This document shows positions 29,332 through 38,630 of a stretch of 56,446 nt of DNA, piece after piece (position 1 is the stretch's first letter; the number at the start of each line of letters is the position of its first letter). Position numbers and translations under genes: made by a program. The DNA is from a virus (taxonomy: Duplodnaviria > Caudoviricetes), in the IMG/VR virus record IMGVR_UViG_3300023179_000130, positions 1 through 56,446 of that record, one strand, 5' to 3'. Under the pieces are notes generated by a model that made no database searches, was not told where the DNA came from, and saw only the letters and a list, made by a program, of their open reading frames with translations.

Positions 29332-29886
29332 TTATTTTTTCAAACTATAAATATAGACAGTATATTTACTCCATATATCTTCTATAAGATCACTAATAAA
29401 ATTCCAATTGCCTCCAGCTAATCCAATTCCAAATTTTGGAGCGTGTATTTCGATAGATTTAGGATCAGTATGAAAATCGGTATTTAAAGTAATAAATTGT
29501 GAAACATTTATCATGCATTTTACTAGTGCTGCATAATTTAATGGTCGAGTATTTTTAGGACTATGTATACCATTTTGAGCTATCATATTTACAAAACATA
29601 ATTTATATTTATGTTTTGGATCTTCATATATGTTTAAAAATTGACAATGGCCTAAATTATTTTTAAGAAATGTTTTGCCTAGCATATGATAATTTTCTTT
29701 GACTGATGGATATTTGTTAGCAACTAGTTTAGCAAAACCTATATCAAATATATCTAAATTATTACATATATGTGGTACTAAAACTGTGCATCCAGAGTTA
29801 CCAGAACGTACTCTTTTTTCAATAGACTCAAATATGTCTGTATATTTAGTAGTATATTTAGTATTTATATTATTTATGATTTGCAT
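29332..29886 (-). CDS. Macrodomain (Appr-1-p processing) protein
   Basis: HICNN...GFA, NMIAQ, HAPKFGIGLAGGNW. Confidence 0.85.
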   Translation of the reverse strand: MQIINNINTKYTTKYTDIFESIEKRVRSGNSGCTVLVPHICNNLDIFDIGFAKLVANKYPSVKENYHMLGKTFLKNNLGHCQFLNIYEDPKHKYKLCFVNMIAQNGIHSPKNTRPLNYAALVKCMINVSQFITLNTDFHTDPKSIEIHAPKFGIGLAGGNWNFISDLIEDIWSKYTVYIYSLKK

Positions 29887-30130
29887 TAGTTTTACCCCAT
29901 TTGCCTATTGGACATTCTTGATCAGCCCATGCTAATTTATTTAAAAAAATTTTTTTCTTATTGATATTACAGCCACAAATATTACATTCTGACTTTTTGA
30001 TTTCAAAGTATTCACACTTTATGCATATTGAATATCTTTGTTCTATGTCTTTTTGTGTAGATTTGGGCAATCCTGATGCTATATGAAACCATAACGATTT
30101 TAGAAACGTTTTAATTTTTAGTATTGACAT
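29870..30130 (-). CDS. Small cysteine-rich protein
   Basis: R..IC..C...C..CGC...K......CPIGKW pattern. Confidence 0.65.
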   Translation of the reverse strand: MSILKIKTFLKSLWFHIASGLPKSTQKDIEQRYSICIKCEYFEIKKSECNICGCNINKKKIFLNKLAWADQECPIGKWGKTNANHK

Positions 30131-30401
30131 CTTCTTTTTTGGTTGGTTTTAAGGGTATAATATTATTATCGATATCCATAGTATATAGTTGAATAGGCGC
30201 GATAATCAAATTTCCCTCAAACCATCTTGAAAATCCTTCATTTAAAGATATTCCTAATCTATTTCCATTTTTTTTAAAATCTGATGTTAATAAAAAATAT
30301 TCGGATTCAAATTTAAAAGCATCTCCATTAGATAATTCTTCTATATATTTATTCATTATTTCACTTGTTGTAATAGTCCTCCCAATCCTCCCAAATTTCA
30401 T
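30111..30401 (-). CDS. Hypothetical protein (true start probably near 30356)
   Basis: ORF track; MNKYIEEL start removes the overlap with the next ORF. Confidence 0.55.
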   Translation of the reverse strand: MKFGRIGRTITTSEIMNKYIEELSNGDAFKFESEYFLLTSDFKKNGNRLGISLNEGFSRWFEGNLIIAPIQLYTMDIDNNIIPLKPTKKEDVNTKN

Positions 30402-30564
30402 CTGCTTTCATATCTTCTATTCTTTTCTTTAATTCTTTTCGTATTTTTGGTATGTTATTTTCTTCATCAAAAAAATTTTTTTTATCTAAAGATTTATTTT
30501 TAATATTCTTTCTACGAAAATCTTTACGATCACCAAAATCTTCTTTATTTTTATCTGCGTTCAT
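30361..30564 (-). CDS. Small charged hypothetical protein
   Basis: 67 aa; TTGACA at 30645-30650 upstream on the minus strand. Confidence 0.5.
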   Translation of the reverse strand: MNADKNKEDFGDRKDFRRKNIKNKSLDKKNFFDEENNIPKIRKELKKRIEDMKADEIWEDWEDYYNK

Positions 30565-30763
30565 TTATTTAATAAGATTTTTAAATTATTTGTACGTTTT
30601 AAATTCCCTACCCGCTTATTACAAATAGCCATATCACAGACATTTGTCAAGAAAGTATGCGAACTCTGGATATAATATATGTTTATCTGGGTGTATATAT
30701 TATTTAATAGGATTTTTTATTATTTTGTTTATATGATAATATTCCTATGATAGTAAAATAATT

Positions 30764-31708
30764 ATGACATTAACTATATCTTATGATCCATTTCAGTCTA
30801 ATTGGTATGTGGGTGAATTATATAAATATTTTCATACATATTTAATTAACAAAAATATTAAAGTTTTTTATACGCCAATTAAAGATTTAGCTAAAAAATT
30901 AAATGAAACCTCTGATTGGAATAATAGATATCCGTCTTTATTTAATATATATAATTTAATTGTTACTAATAATACTAGTGGAAAAACTTTTTTACATAGC
31001 TTATCAGATTATGCTCCATTTTTATTAGAACATCAATCAGCATTGGATAAATTAAATATTAAAGCATTTGCTTTTTGTTCAAATCATACAGATACTATTA
31101 TTGTAAAATATAATTATCTTAATATTAATTTAATACCATCTTTTTATATATTAGAAAATTGGAATGATCATGAATATATAAGAATAAATAAACATAATAT
31201 AAAAAAAAATAATTGTTATTTTAATGGTTTAGGATATGGACACAGAGAACTGTATATTAATTATCTAAAAACTAATAGTTTTTTTACTATGAAAGATAAA
31301 AGAAATCCAAACGATTATCTTTCTAAGCCTTTATATTATGAAAATGTATCGAAATATAGATATGGTTTATCTCTTAATGGTGCAGCTGAAATATGTTATA
31401 GAGATGTAGAGTACTTTGGTCTAGGGGTGTTATGTATAAGGGAACCACTATCTATTAAAACTAAAGATAATTTAGAACCAAATATACATTATAAAAGTAT
31501 CTTAGATGATTTTGTTACTAGTAATATTTTTAATCCCGAAAAAATAAATGAAATTATAGAATATATTATTGACAGCATTAATAATATTACTATAGAAGAA
31601 AGTGAGTATATACTAAATAATGCAAAAAAATGGTATGAAAATAATGCTATGCCAGATAAACAAGTAGATTTTTTATATCAATGTCTTATAGAAAATGATA
31701 TTATTTAA
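30764..31708 (+). CDS. Glycosyltransferase-like protein
   Basis: YFNG...R, Y......YRYGLSLNG..EICYRDVE..GLG, LEPNIHY resemble the GT47/GT90-like C-terminal signature; very AT-rich and counter-oriented. Confidence 0.6.
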   Translation: MTLTISYDPFQSNWYVGELYKYFHTYLINKNIKVFYTPIKDLAKKLNETSDWNNRYPSLFNIYNLIVTNNTSGKTFLHSLSDYAPFLLEHQSALDKLNIKAFAFCSNHTDTIIVKYNYLNINLIPSFYILENWNDHEYIRINKHNIKKNNCYFNGLGYGHRELYINYLKTNSFFTMKDKRNPNDYLSKPLYYENVSKYRYGLSLNGAAEICYRDVEYFGLGVLCIREPLSIKTKDNLEPNIHYKSILDDFVTSNIFNPEKINEIIEYIIDSINNITIEESEYILNNAKKWYENNAMPDKQVDFLYQCLIENDII

Positions 31709-31723
31709 TTAAATATACTGTAA

Positions 31724-32653
31724 TTATAGAACAGGATATAGAATTCCATATCCTTGGTATTTCTTAATACCGGCATATTTTGGATCAGATAGATTTTTTG
31801 ATTTTTTCTTGAAAACATTCACATAGTCATTAGATGTTTTTAACATATTTTCTGTGGCTGAATATTTTATTTGTCTAAAATTGCTAAGTAAAAGTGCAGC
31901 GCACCCAACAGCAAATGGTGTACTCATGCTGGTGCCGCTCATTAAAGCATACCGACCTCCTGGTACACAACTTAAAATATCGTGCCCGGGAGATAGAAAA
32001 TCAAGCGTCTCACCGCTACAGGTAAATGAGGTTCGTTGTAGATTTCGGTCGATAGCCCCAATGGCTATGGTATTGTCGCATTTTGCAGGATACATTATGT
32101 CTGTATTTTCTCCAGAGTTTCCGGCAGCACAGAATATTATACTCCCTTTATTTGATGCATAATCTATCGCTTTTTGAATTTGTGGAGATGTTTGGGGTGT
32201 TCCAAGACTCATAGAGATAAAATCTGCTTTATTATCGGCTGCCCATATTATAGCATCTAATATATTTTGTAAATTACCATTACCTTGTGAATCCAAAGCT
32301 TTGATAGGAAGAATTTTTGCTTTTGGTGCTACTCCCACCATGCCTGTTTTATTATCAGCAGCAGCAATAGTTCCCGAGGTATGTGTTCCATGACCATTGT
32401 CATCATAAGGGTCTTTTTTAGGATTAATAAAATTTTTACCTTGTAATATATTTTCTTTTAAATCTGGATGATCTAAATCACAACCAGTATCTATAACCGC
32501 CACAACAACACCAGCGCCTCTAGATATTTTCCATTGATTTTCTATATCAAATAATTTTATTTCCCACCCAGAAATTTGTGCAACATTTGGATTGAGACCA
32601 AAAATATCCTCTCTTGTATATGGTAGTAATCCTACTATATTTTTATTTTTCAT
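31724..32653 (-). CDS. Subtilisin-like S8 serine protease
   Basis: VIDTG, HGTH, AAGN, SGTSMSTP. Confidence 0.95.
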   Translation of the reverse strand: MKNKNIVGLLPYTREDIFGLNPNVAQISGWEIKLFDIENQWKISRGAGVVVAVIDTGCDLDHPDLKENILQGKNFINPKKDPYDDNGHGTHTSGTIAAADNKTGMVGVAPKAKILPIKALDSQGNGNLQNILDAIIWAADNKADFISMSLGTPQTSPQIQKAIDYASNKGSIIFCAAGNSGENTDIMYPAKCDNTIAIGAIDRNLQRTSFTCSGETLDFLSPGHDILSCVPGGRYALMSGTSMSTPFAVGCAALLLSNFRQIKYSATENMLKTSNDYVNVFKKKSKNLSDPKYAGIKKYQGYGILYPVL

Positions 32654-32659
32654 AATTAA

Positions 32660-33421
32660 CTATTTATTGTCTAGTAATATATTTATTTTTATCCATTCAG
32701 AATATAAGCTAATTCTAGTGTGACAACTTTCGTGACCATATCTTGAGTTTGATGATCCATTGTATCCCACAACAGAAGAATTAATACCTGCTAATTTTTT
32801 ATCAATAAATAAACCCCCTCCACTATCTCCACTACATATCATATATTCTAATGGTGTTATTTTTTCATTTTTTCTAGATGGAGAACAAATTAAAACTGTT
32901 CTTTCTGTTTTATCTATAATATTTAGTCCTGCTCTTCTTTTTCCGTCACTAAATTTGGCTCCAGTATTAAAAGTACCACTAAGCCCCCATCCTGCTATAG
33001 AACAAGTTTTACCCACCTCATTATTATCTTCATATATTTCAGGATAATAATCTAGCTTTATTGGTTTTGATAAATGTCCCATAGCTATATCATGATATCC
33101 AAATACGTTTGAATCATACTTTGAATATATTATTATTTTATCTATATTAAATTTTTCTTCTCCTACAGTTATATTCCAAGAATTACAATTTTCAACAACA
33201 TGAGCCGCTGTTATTATCCACTCAGGATGTATAACTACTGCTGAACCACAATACAATTCTGAAGCATTAGAACAGCATATTTTTACTACACAATCAAATT
33301 GAGATCCATATTCTATATATTTAGAGTCTGAGGTATCTGGATCTATAGTTCCAGCATAAGTAAAAGAAATTAAAAAATAAAAGATAAAATACAAGCACAT
33401 AGAATGTTTTATAAATCTCAT
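32660..33421 (-). CDS. Exported trypsin-like S1 serine protease
   Basis: Signal peptide, TAAHV, HDIA, GDSGG. Confidence 0.92.
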   Translation of the reverse strand: MRFIKHSMCLYFIFYFLISFTYAGTIDPDTSDSKYIEYGSQFDCVVKICCSNASELYCGSAVVIHPEWIITAAHVVENCNSWNITVGEEKFNIDKIIIYSKYDSNVFGYHDIAMGHLSKPIKLDYYPEIYEDNNEVGKTCSIAGWGLSGTFNTGAKFSDGKRRAGLNIIDKTERTVLICSPSRKNEKITPLEYMICSGDSGGGLFIDKKLAGINSSVVGYNGSSNSRYGHESCHTRISLYSEWIKINILLDNK

Positions 33422-33438
33422 GGCTTGTCTCCTAATAA

Positions 33439-33756
33439 TTAAGATGGTCTATTTAAAACCTTTTGTAAATACACCGAACAATCTTCATCAACTAGTTTAT
33501 TATAACTCTTATAATTAAAAAGATGACCAAATACCAAATGACAAGGGGTGTCACATAATGTGATAAGATTTGATGGATCTAATTCTAGTTCTGGAGCTAT
33601 ATGAACAGGTATTTTATGATGTACTTCTAGTTTTGAATTTTTACCACAAGCAGCACAACTAGAGAATTTTTCTAAATGATTTTTTCTAATACTTGACCAC
33701 TTATTTGATCTTGATGCATATCTTACTTTATTAAAGATATTAAGTATTTTTATCAT
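33439..33756 (-). CDS. Small HNH endonuclease
   Basis: CAACG, EVHHKIP, NLITLC..CH; ATG 33756 lies downstream of a GGTGTA motif (33797-33802). Confidence 0.85.
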   Translation of the reverse strand: MIKILNIFNKVRYASRSNKWSSIRKNHLEKFSSCAACGKNSKLEVHHKIPVHIAPELELDPSNLITLCDTPCHLVFGHLFNYKSYNKLVDEDCSVYLQKVLNRPS

Positions 33757-33895
33757 TGTAATATTTCCAATAAATATTGTTATTCTATTTAAAGAATACA
33801 CCAAATTATCAATTTTTATTGATCCAAATAAATATGCTCCTATCACTAGGAGCATAAAATATTTGTTAGATAGATATAAATACTAAAGTTAAATA

Positions 33896-34807
33896 CTATT
33901 TATTTGTTGCTATTCTTCCTTTTTGGGTTCTTATAACATAACCCATACGAACTAAAAATGGTTCTATATTATATTCAATAGTGTCTATAGAAATACCTGT
34001 CATAGCTGATATACTTTTTAAACCCAAAGGATTGCCTTTAGATTTTTTTAGAGCCTGCAAATATAGACGATCATAATTATCTAAACCTTCGCTATCTATT
34101 CCTTGATTATTAAATATCTCATTAATATCTATGTTTTTATTGTTATAATAGGAAATATAGTTTTTATACCATATTAATCTAGCATTTAAAATTCGAGGAG
34201 TACCTTTACTGCGTTTTGCTATTTCTAGTAGATCATTATCTTCTATCATTAGTCCGAACTTTTTCGCGTTCAATCCGGCAAGTTTAGCTAAATCATCTAT
34301 TGAGTAATAATTCAGATGTTCTTTAATTGTAAATCTATCATAAAATGGCTGACTTAGGCTACCTCCATTAGTTGTTGCTCCAATAATAGTAAACATAGGA
34401 AGATCGATAGTTTCAGGTTTATCTTTATCGTCCTCGTCTTTTACTGTAATATTTAAAACAAAATCTTCCATTATAGGGTATAAAAATTCTTCTACTATTT
34501 TTGGTAATCTATGAATCTCATCAATAAATAATACCGATCTAGGACTAATACCAACTATATACGGCATTAGATTTTTTATACTTCTGATATTAGCAGCATT
34601 AATAGTATGAATATTAACATCCATTTCATTTGCTATGGCAGTAGCGATAGTTGTTTTACCCAGACCAGGAGGGCCATCTATTAATGTATGTGGTAATACG
34701 CTATTGGTATTTTTACATCCGTGTGACATGATCTTTAAACGATCTATCACTTCATTTTGACCTATAATATCTTTAAAAGAAGAAGGGCGTACTATATTAG
34801 TAGACAT
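33896..34807 (-). CDS. ruvB: Holliday junction branch migration ATPase
   Basis: RP..F..IIGQ, GPPGLGKTT, LFIDEIHRL, EEFLYPIMEDF, GATT, DRF, GTPR, IEPFL, RTQKGR. Confidence 0.95.
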   Translation of the reverse strand: MSTNIVRPSSFKDIIGQNEVIDRLKIMSHGCKNTNSVLPHTLIDGPPGLGKTTIATAIANEMDVNIHTINAANIRSIKNLMPYIVGISPRSVLFIDEIHRLPKIVEEFLYPIMEDFVLNITVKDEDDKDKPETIDLPMFTIIGATTNGGSLSQPFYDRFTIKEHLNYYSIDDLAKLAGLNAKKFGLMIEDNDLLEIAKRSKGTPRILNARLIWYKNYISYYNNKNIDINEIFNNQGIDSEGLDNYDRLYLQALKKSKGNPLGLKSISAMTGISIDTIEYNIEPFLVRMGYVIRTQKGRIATNK

Positions 34808-35261
34808 TTGAAATATCCAATTTTAAGGTTTGTTTAATTAATTCTACAACATTATCAGTTGGTTTTTTTTGATATGATTTAGATATCAAATCGATTGCTT
34901 CTTTATGACCATAACCATAATTAACTAGTAATTTAACACACTGATTCAATAGATTCTCAGGAACTTTTATTTTTTCCTGGTTATCTGGGTGTAATATTTT
35001 TTCTTTTGATAAAGTATCATATGTTTTTGGTGTTTTAGGCTTTGTAGCTTGCTTATTAAGTATTTTGGATTTTTTTATATATTTGATCTTAAAAGCAGAA
35101 ACTCTTTTAACTTGAAAAACTTTTCCACAATAACAGGCAATTTTAAAATTTTTAGTTGATGCTTCTAAAAAGGATAACCAGTGTACTTGTCCACAATTAT
35201 AGCATATATATTTTAAATGTATATCGTATTCAACAGGTTTACAATTTTTGTTCTTTGTCAT
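34797..35261 (-). CDS. Zinc-ribbon protein fused to a RuvA C-terminal (domain III) module
   Basis: CYNC...CYC N-terminus; C-terminus LVNYGYGHKEAIDLI...ELIKQTLK matches RuvA LVALGY..QEA...ETLIREAL; overlaps the ruvB start. Confidence 0.7.
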   Translation of the reverse strand: MTKNKNCKPVEYDIHLKYICYNCGQVHWLSFLEASTKNFKIACYCGKVFQVKRVSAFKIKYIKKSKILNKQATKPKTPKTYDTLSKEKILHPDNQEKIKVPENLLNQCVKLLVNYGYGHKEAIDLISKSYQKKPTDNVVELIKQTLKLDISNVY

Positions 35262-35673
35262 TATTATCTTCTTTTAACCAAAAAACAAAATCATTATATT
35301 CATCATCAAAAGCACTATCTAAAACCCCTTTATTAACTAATTTATTTAGAATATTGCTTACCATTCTACTATTAAGTTCTTCTAATATTTTCATAAAATT
35401 TTTATCATCAATAATATACCTTACCCTTTTGAGGGTTTTACTATATTGTTTGCGAACTATACTTTTCACAATAGTAGTTGACTCATCTATTGATAGAATA
35501 TCATTTAGTTCATTTATTTCATCTATAGAAAATTCTTTAAGTAATATGTCTATGTCGGTATCTATATCAGAAATTAAACTATCTTTTTTATCTCCAAAAA
35601 ATTTAAAAACTAATTTTCTGGTGTTATCTATAAATTCATCTAAGTCATAAATCGCATACCATGAGCTTGACAT
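35239..35673 (-). CDS. Hypothetical protein (possibly related to 50161-50526)
   Basis: Shared N-terminal Y.I.DL..F/Y and C-terminal L.KL..KG....A.D...N..VFWL. Confidence 0.6.
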   Translation of the reverse strand: MSSSWYAIYDLDEFIDNTRKLVFKFFGDKKDSLISDIDTDIDILLKEFSIDEINELNDILSIDESTTIVKSIVRKQYSKTLKRVRYIIDDKNFMKILEELNSRMVSNILNKLVNKGVLDSAFDDEYNDFVFWLKEDNNDKEQKL

Positions 35674-35682
35674 AAAATCTTT

Positions 35683-36093
35683 CTAGTTCAGAATATCAAA
35701 TATTCCACGATAATGATTGGGTTGTTTAACAAAATAAGCAGCATGACTACGCACATGATTTGTGTATATTTTATTTATTTCATCTTTTACAAAATATTTT
35801 TTCTTCCATATTGGTTGGTTTTGATAGTCATTCCCCAAATACTGGAAGGTATTATCCTTGCCAGTATTCGAGAAATAACTATTCACAGGAAACTTTTCTT
35901 TCGGAAAACCGCCAATATACCACACATTTGGAGAAAACTCAACTACTTCATTTAAGGCACCATATAACCATTTTCCCCAAGCATCCCACGCTTCGGGATC
36001 AAACTTAAAATAATGTTTATACTTACTTTCTAGATCGTCGTGACTACTATCATAGTATTCATCATAGTTGTCATCATCATAATCTTCGTGCAT
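35683..36093 (-). CDS. Hypothetical protein
   Basis: 136 aa, acidic N-terminus. Confidence 0.55.
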   Translation of the reverse strand: MHEDYDDDNYDEYYDSSHDDLESKYKHYFKFDPEAWDAWGKWLYGALNEVVEFSPNVWYIGGFPKEKFPVNSYFSNTGKDNTFQYLGNDYQNQPIWKKKYFVKDEINKIYTNHVRSHAAYFVKQPNHYRGIFDILN

Positions 36094-36098
36094 AGTAT

Positions 36099-36356
36099 TT
36101 ACCTATAACTATATCTATTTTGACAAGTTACTTTTTTAGGATTGCGTCCTCTACGACCTTTAAATCCTAGTCTCCTTATTATATTAAGGATAGTCTGTCC
36201 ACTAAGAAAATATCTTTTACCATAAAACTCATTTTCTTCAAAATGATGGCAAAGAGCTTTTATTGTCCCCAATTTATTTATTAGTTCAATAAATTTTTTC
36301 TTAGCTTCTTCGTCAGCTAATAGAAATTGTAAAAGAGGATTAGTATGTCTACCCAT
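36099..36356 (-). CDS. Small basic, possibly DNA-binding protein
   Basis: LSGQTILNIIRRLGFK HTH-like segment, GRRGRNP tail. Confidence 0.55.
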   Translation of the reverse strand: MGRHTNPLLQFLLADEEAKKKFIELINKLGTIKALCHHFEENEFYGKRYFLSGQTILNIIRRLGFKGRRGRNPKKVTCQNRYSYR

Positions 36357-36383
36357 TATTCTTCTCTTTATTTTATGTGGTTA

Positions 36384-36418
36384 TGTCAAAGGGTATAGGA
36401 TACTCTATACCCCTGACA
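36384..36418 (-). terminator. Stem-loop after the AEP primase gene
   Basis: TGTCA-aa-GGGTATAG-gatact-CTATACCC-c-TGACA inverted repeat; no clear U-tract. Confidence 0.55.
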
Positions 36419-36426
36419 CAAAACCC

Positions 36427-37593
36427 TCATCCGATACAAAACTTGTCACTAATTTGAGACGCAAGTTCTTTAGCAGCATTAGAAAGGAATCTGTTGTTAC
36501 TAAAATAAAGCGGAGTTGAGACTTGATTAAGAAACTCCACCACGGTTTTTAAAAGTTTAGTCTGCTGACCGTCTAGGTTTATATCCTCGTCAGGCAGGCT
36601 ATCCTGTGAGTTGCTAGGCCCATCCTCATCGTCAACAGGCAGCACAGGCATCGGATCACCGTAGGCTCGTCCAGATGTAGAACTTTCAACAGTGGTTGGA
36701 ATATTACTGCCATTAGTATATGTATATGTCCAATTAGTATTTTGGTTCCAGAACGCACCCTTATTAGGACAGCCATTTCGCAATTCATTTAGAATCTTTG
36801 CAGCAACATCTGTTGATACTGGAACGCCAGTTTCATCCGCTTCTTTATAAGCCTTGGCATATCCCTTATACCATTCATCACTACACTTATCTGGAATGAT
36901 CTGTAGTGTCGCTGGCTGACCAGTAAGGGCTGACTTAAGATCGGCCACATTAATTGGTTGACCAGTGCTGCCGGGAAGCAAACTCGTAAAATAAGGAGCC
37001 TTCTTCTCCCACTCCTTACGCCACCAAGTATAAGGAACACGATAAATCTGATTAGGCTTGATCGCTCTTGGATCACCACCGAAGTAGTTTACCAGCTTTT
37101 TCTGCAAGCCATTCCAGAAAGTTTTATTGGCCCCAACGATATTTCTTGAAGCATCATCAAAAATCCAGTAGCACTGATAACCATTACGAGTATCAACTAC
37201 CCAGCTAGGCTTAACAGGAAACTCATTAATTTTCTTTAGAAACTTTTTCTTGTGCTGCATAACAATGCTGGGCTTAAAATAAGTTCCATCATCATTTCTA
37301 CCAGCATCCATATCACAAAAACAGCAAGTAAATTGCTTAATAGCGTAAAGCTTGCGACCACCATTTACATAGAAGTAAGCATCGGAATGATTGTTGATAT
37401 TAGCATCAAGCGTCTCATTAAGATCGTTAGTATGATTCATACTACTAATCTTTTTACGAGGATTGCCATTATAGATAAAGATATGATTCTGGTTGAATGA
37501 ATTCAAAAATCTCTGCCTATTCTGAGCATAACCATTTGCATGAACATTATTATTCTTATCAAATGGATTAAAAGCCAAAGTATCACTAAACAT
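36427..37593 (-). CDS. RepB-type archaeo-eukaryotic primase (AEP superfamily)
   Basis: FCDMD (motif I), PSWVVDT.NGYQCYW (motif II), DP......IYRVP (motif III); AGGA RBS before ATG 37593. Confidence 0.78.
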   Translation of the reverse strand: MFSDTLAFNPFDKNNNVHANGYAQNRQRFLNSFNQNHIFIYNGNPRKKISSMNHTNDLNETLDANINNHSDAYFYVNGGRKLYAIKQFTCCFCDMDAGRNDDGTYFKPSIVMQHKKKFLKKINEFPVKPSWVVDTRNGYQCYWIFDDASRNIVGANKTFWNGLQKKLVNYFGGDPRAIKPNQIYRVPYTWWRKEWEKKAPYFTSLLPGSTGQPINVADLKSALTGQPATLQIIPDKCSDEWYKGYAKAYKEADETGVPVSTDVAAKILNELRNGCPNKGAFWNQNTNWTYTYTNGSNIPTTVESSTSGRAYGDPMPVLPVDDEDGPSNSQDSLPDEDINLDGQQTKLLKTVVEFLNQVSTPLYFSNNRFLSNAAKELASQISDKFCIG

Positions 37594-37636
37594 TTTAATT
37601 CCTTTTTGCAACTTACTACTTATTACTTACATTTTC

Positions 37637-37675
37637 GATACTGGGATAGTAAACACTACTATCATAGTCAATATC
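37637..37675 (-). other. RNA hairpin between the tRNA-like element and the primase RBS
   Basis: Minus strand GATATTG-actat-GATAGTA-gtgtt-TACTATC-c-CAGTATC. Confidence 0.55.
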
Positions 37676-37680
37676 TAAAA

Positions 37681-37764
37681 AAGAGCGAGGGAATCGAACC
37701 CTCTCAAATAGTGTGTGTATCATTCGATACCAGAGACTATTATCTTAGTCGCCAGACTACTCTT
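37681..37764 (-). ncRNA. tRNA-like structured RNA (non-canonical)
   Basis: Closing stem AAGAGT/GCTCTT, mini D-arm AGTC-TGGC-GACT, long arm AATAGT..GTATC-GAAT-GATAC..ACTATT, perfect T-arm GAGGG-TTCGATT-CCCTC. Confidence 0.6.
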
Positions 37765-37769
37765 GTTTT

Positions 37770-38630
37770 TCAGTTATAATATTCTTGATCTGGATCGTAA
37801 TCTTCATCTTCTATGGATTCTTCTTCATCATCTTCATTCCATGACCAATCATAATCTTCATCATAATCATCTTGATCATGGTAATCATCTTCATCAAAAT
37901 TACTCTTATAAAGAGGCTTCAGAAGTTCTCCTTGGTATTCACCAACTACTTCATAAAGACAAGTACGAAGTTTTTCACAATTACAATCAGTCGGAACACT
38001 TACTACATCTTTTGGATTAATCTTAACGATAACGATCTTGTCGCCAGCCTCAAGACTACCATAGCTAGCAACATAGTTAAGAGCGCCGGCATGAAGTCCA
38101 TTAGAACAACCACGACCACGATCATCGTCTACCTTAGATCGTGTCATTTGGCATATCTGACCGACCCTATTGTCGAAAACTCCACGATACTTATCCTTGT
38201 AGTCTGAGCGAACAGCCTTATAAGCCAGAAAGAAACCATCTTCAGTAATTGGCAAATGCTCATGCTCAAGAAAATCATACAGTTCCTTCTGACTCTGCAT
38301 ACTGGGATTTTCCATCAGATTATTCAGAAATTTAACAAGAGGCTCAAAAGGCAGACCCTTGCTCATAAACTCCAGAATACGTTTACTAATACTACCATGA
38401 ACTTCGTCACCCTCGTAAAGAACCTGTCCATTCTTGATCTCCACAAGACCATCGCTGAAAGACGCAACAGCCTTTTCAACGTCCACAACTTCCAGCAGTT
38501 CCTCTGCCGTAGCAGTAGGAAGCCTCTCCAGAATCAACTTATAGTTGATATGATCTGGCAACACCTGATAACTTTGATTATTCAATACCAGCGTCAAATT
38601 ACCATCAACGAACATAAACGGAACAGCCAT
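37770..38630 (-). CDS. rIIB: rIIB-like protein
   Basis: FL.NL.ENPS, ELYDFL, PITEDG.FLAYKAV, CS.GLH, VKINPKDVVSVP.D...KLRTC.YEV. Confidence 0.92.
   Translation of the reverse strand: MAVPFMFVDGNLTLVLNNQSYQVLPDHINYKLILERLPTATAEELLEVVDVEKAVASFSDGLVEIKNGQVLYEGDEVHGSISKRILEFMSKGLPFEPLVKFLNNLMENPSMQSQKELYDFLEHEHLPITEDGFFLAYKAVRSDYKDKYRGVFDNRVGQICQMTRSKVDDDRGRGCSNGLHAGALNYVASYGSLEAGDKIVIVKINPKDVVSVPTDCNCEKLRTCLYEVVGEYQGELLKPLYKSNFDEDDYHDQDDYDEDYDWSWNEDDEEESIEDEDYDPDQEYYN

Noticed and set aside
36579-37079. Alternative-frame minus-strand ORFs inside the AEP primase (possible frameshift products)
   Set aside because: No RBS, slippery site or protein motif; the main frame is uninterrupted
37681-37764. 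Calling this element a canonical tRNA or an attP remnant
   Set aside because: No 7-nt anticodon loop or 7-bp acceptor stem; similarity to tRNA-Leu is confined to the T-arm and no integrase is present
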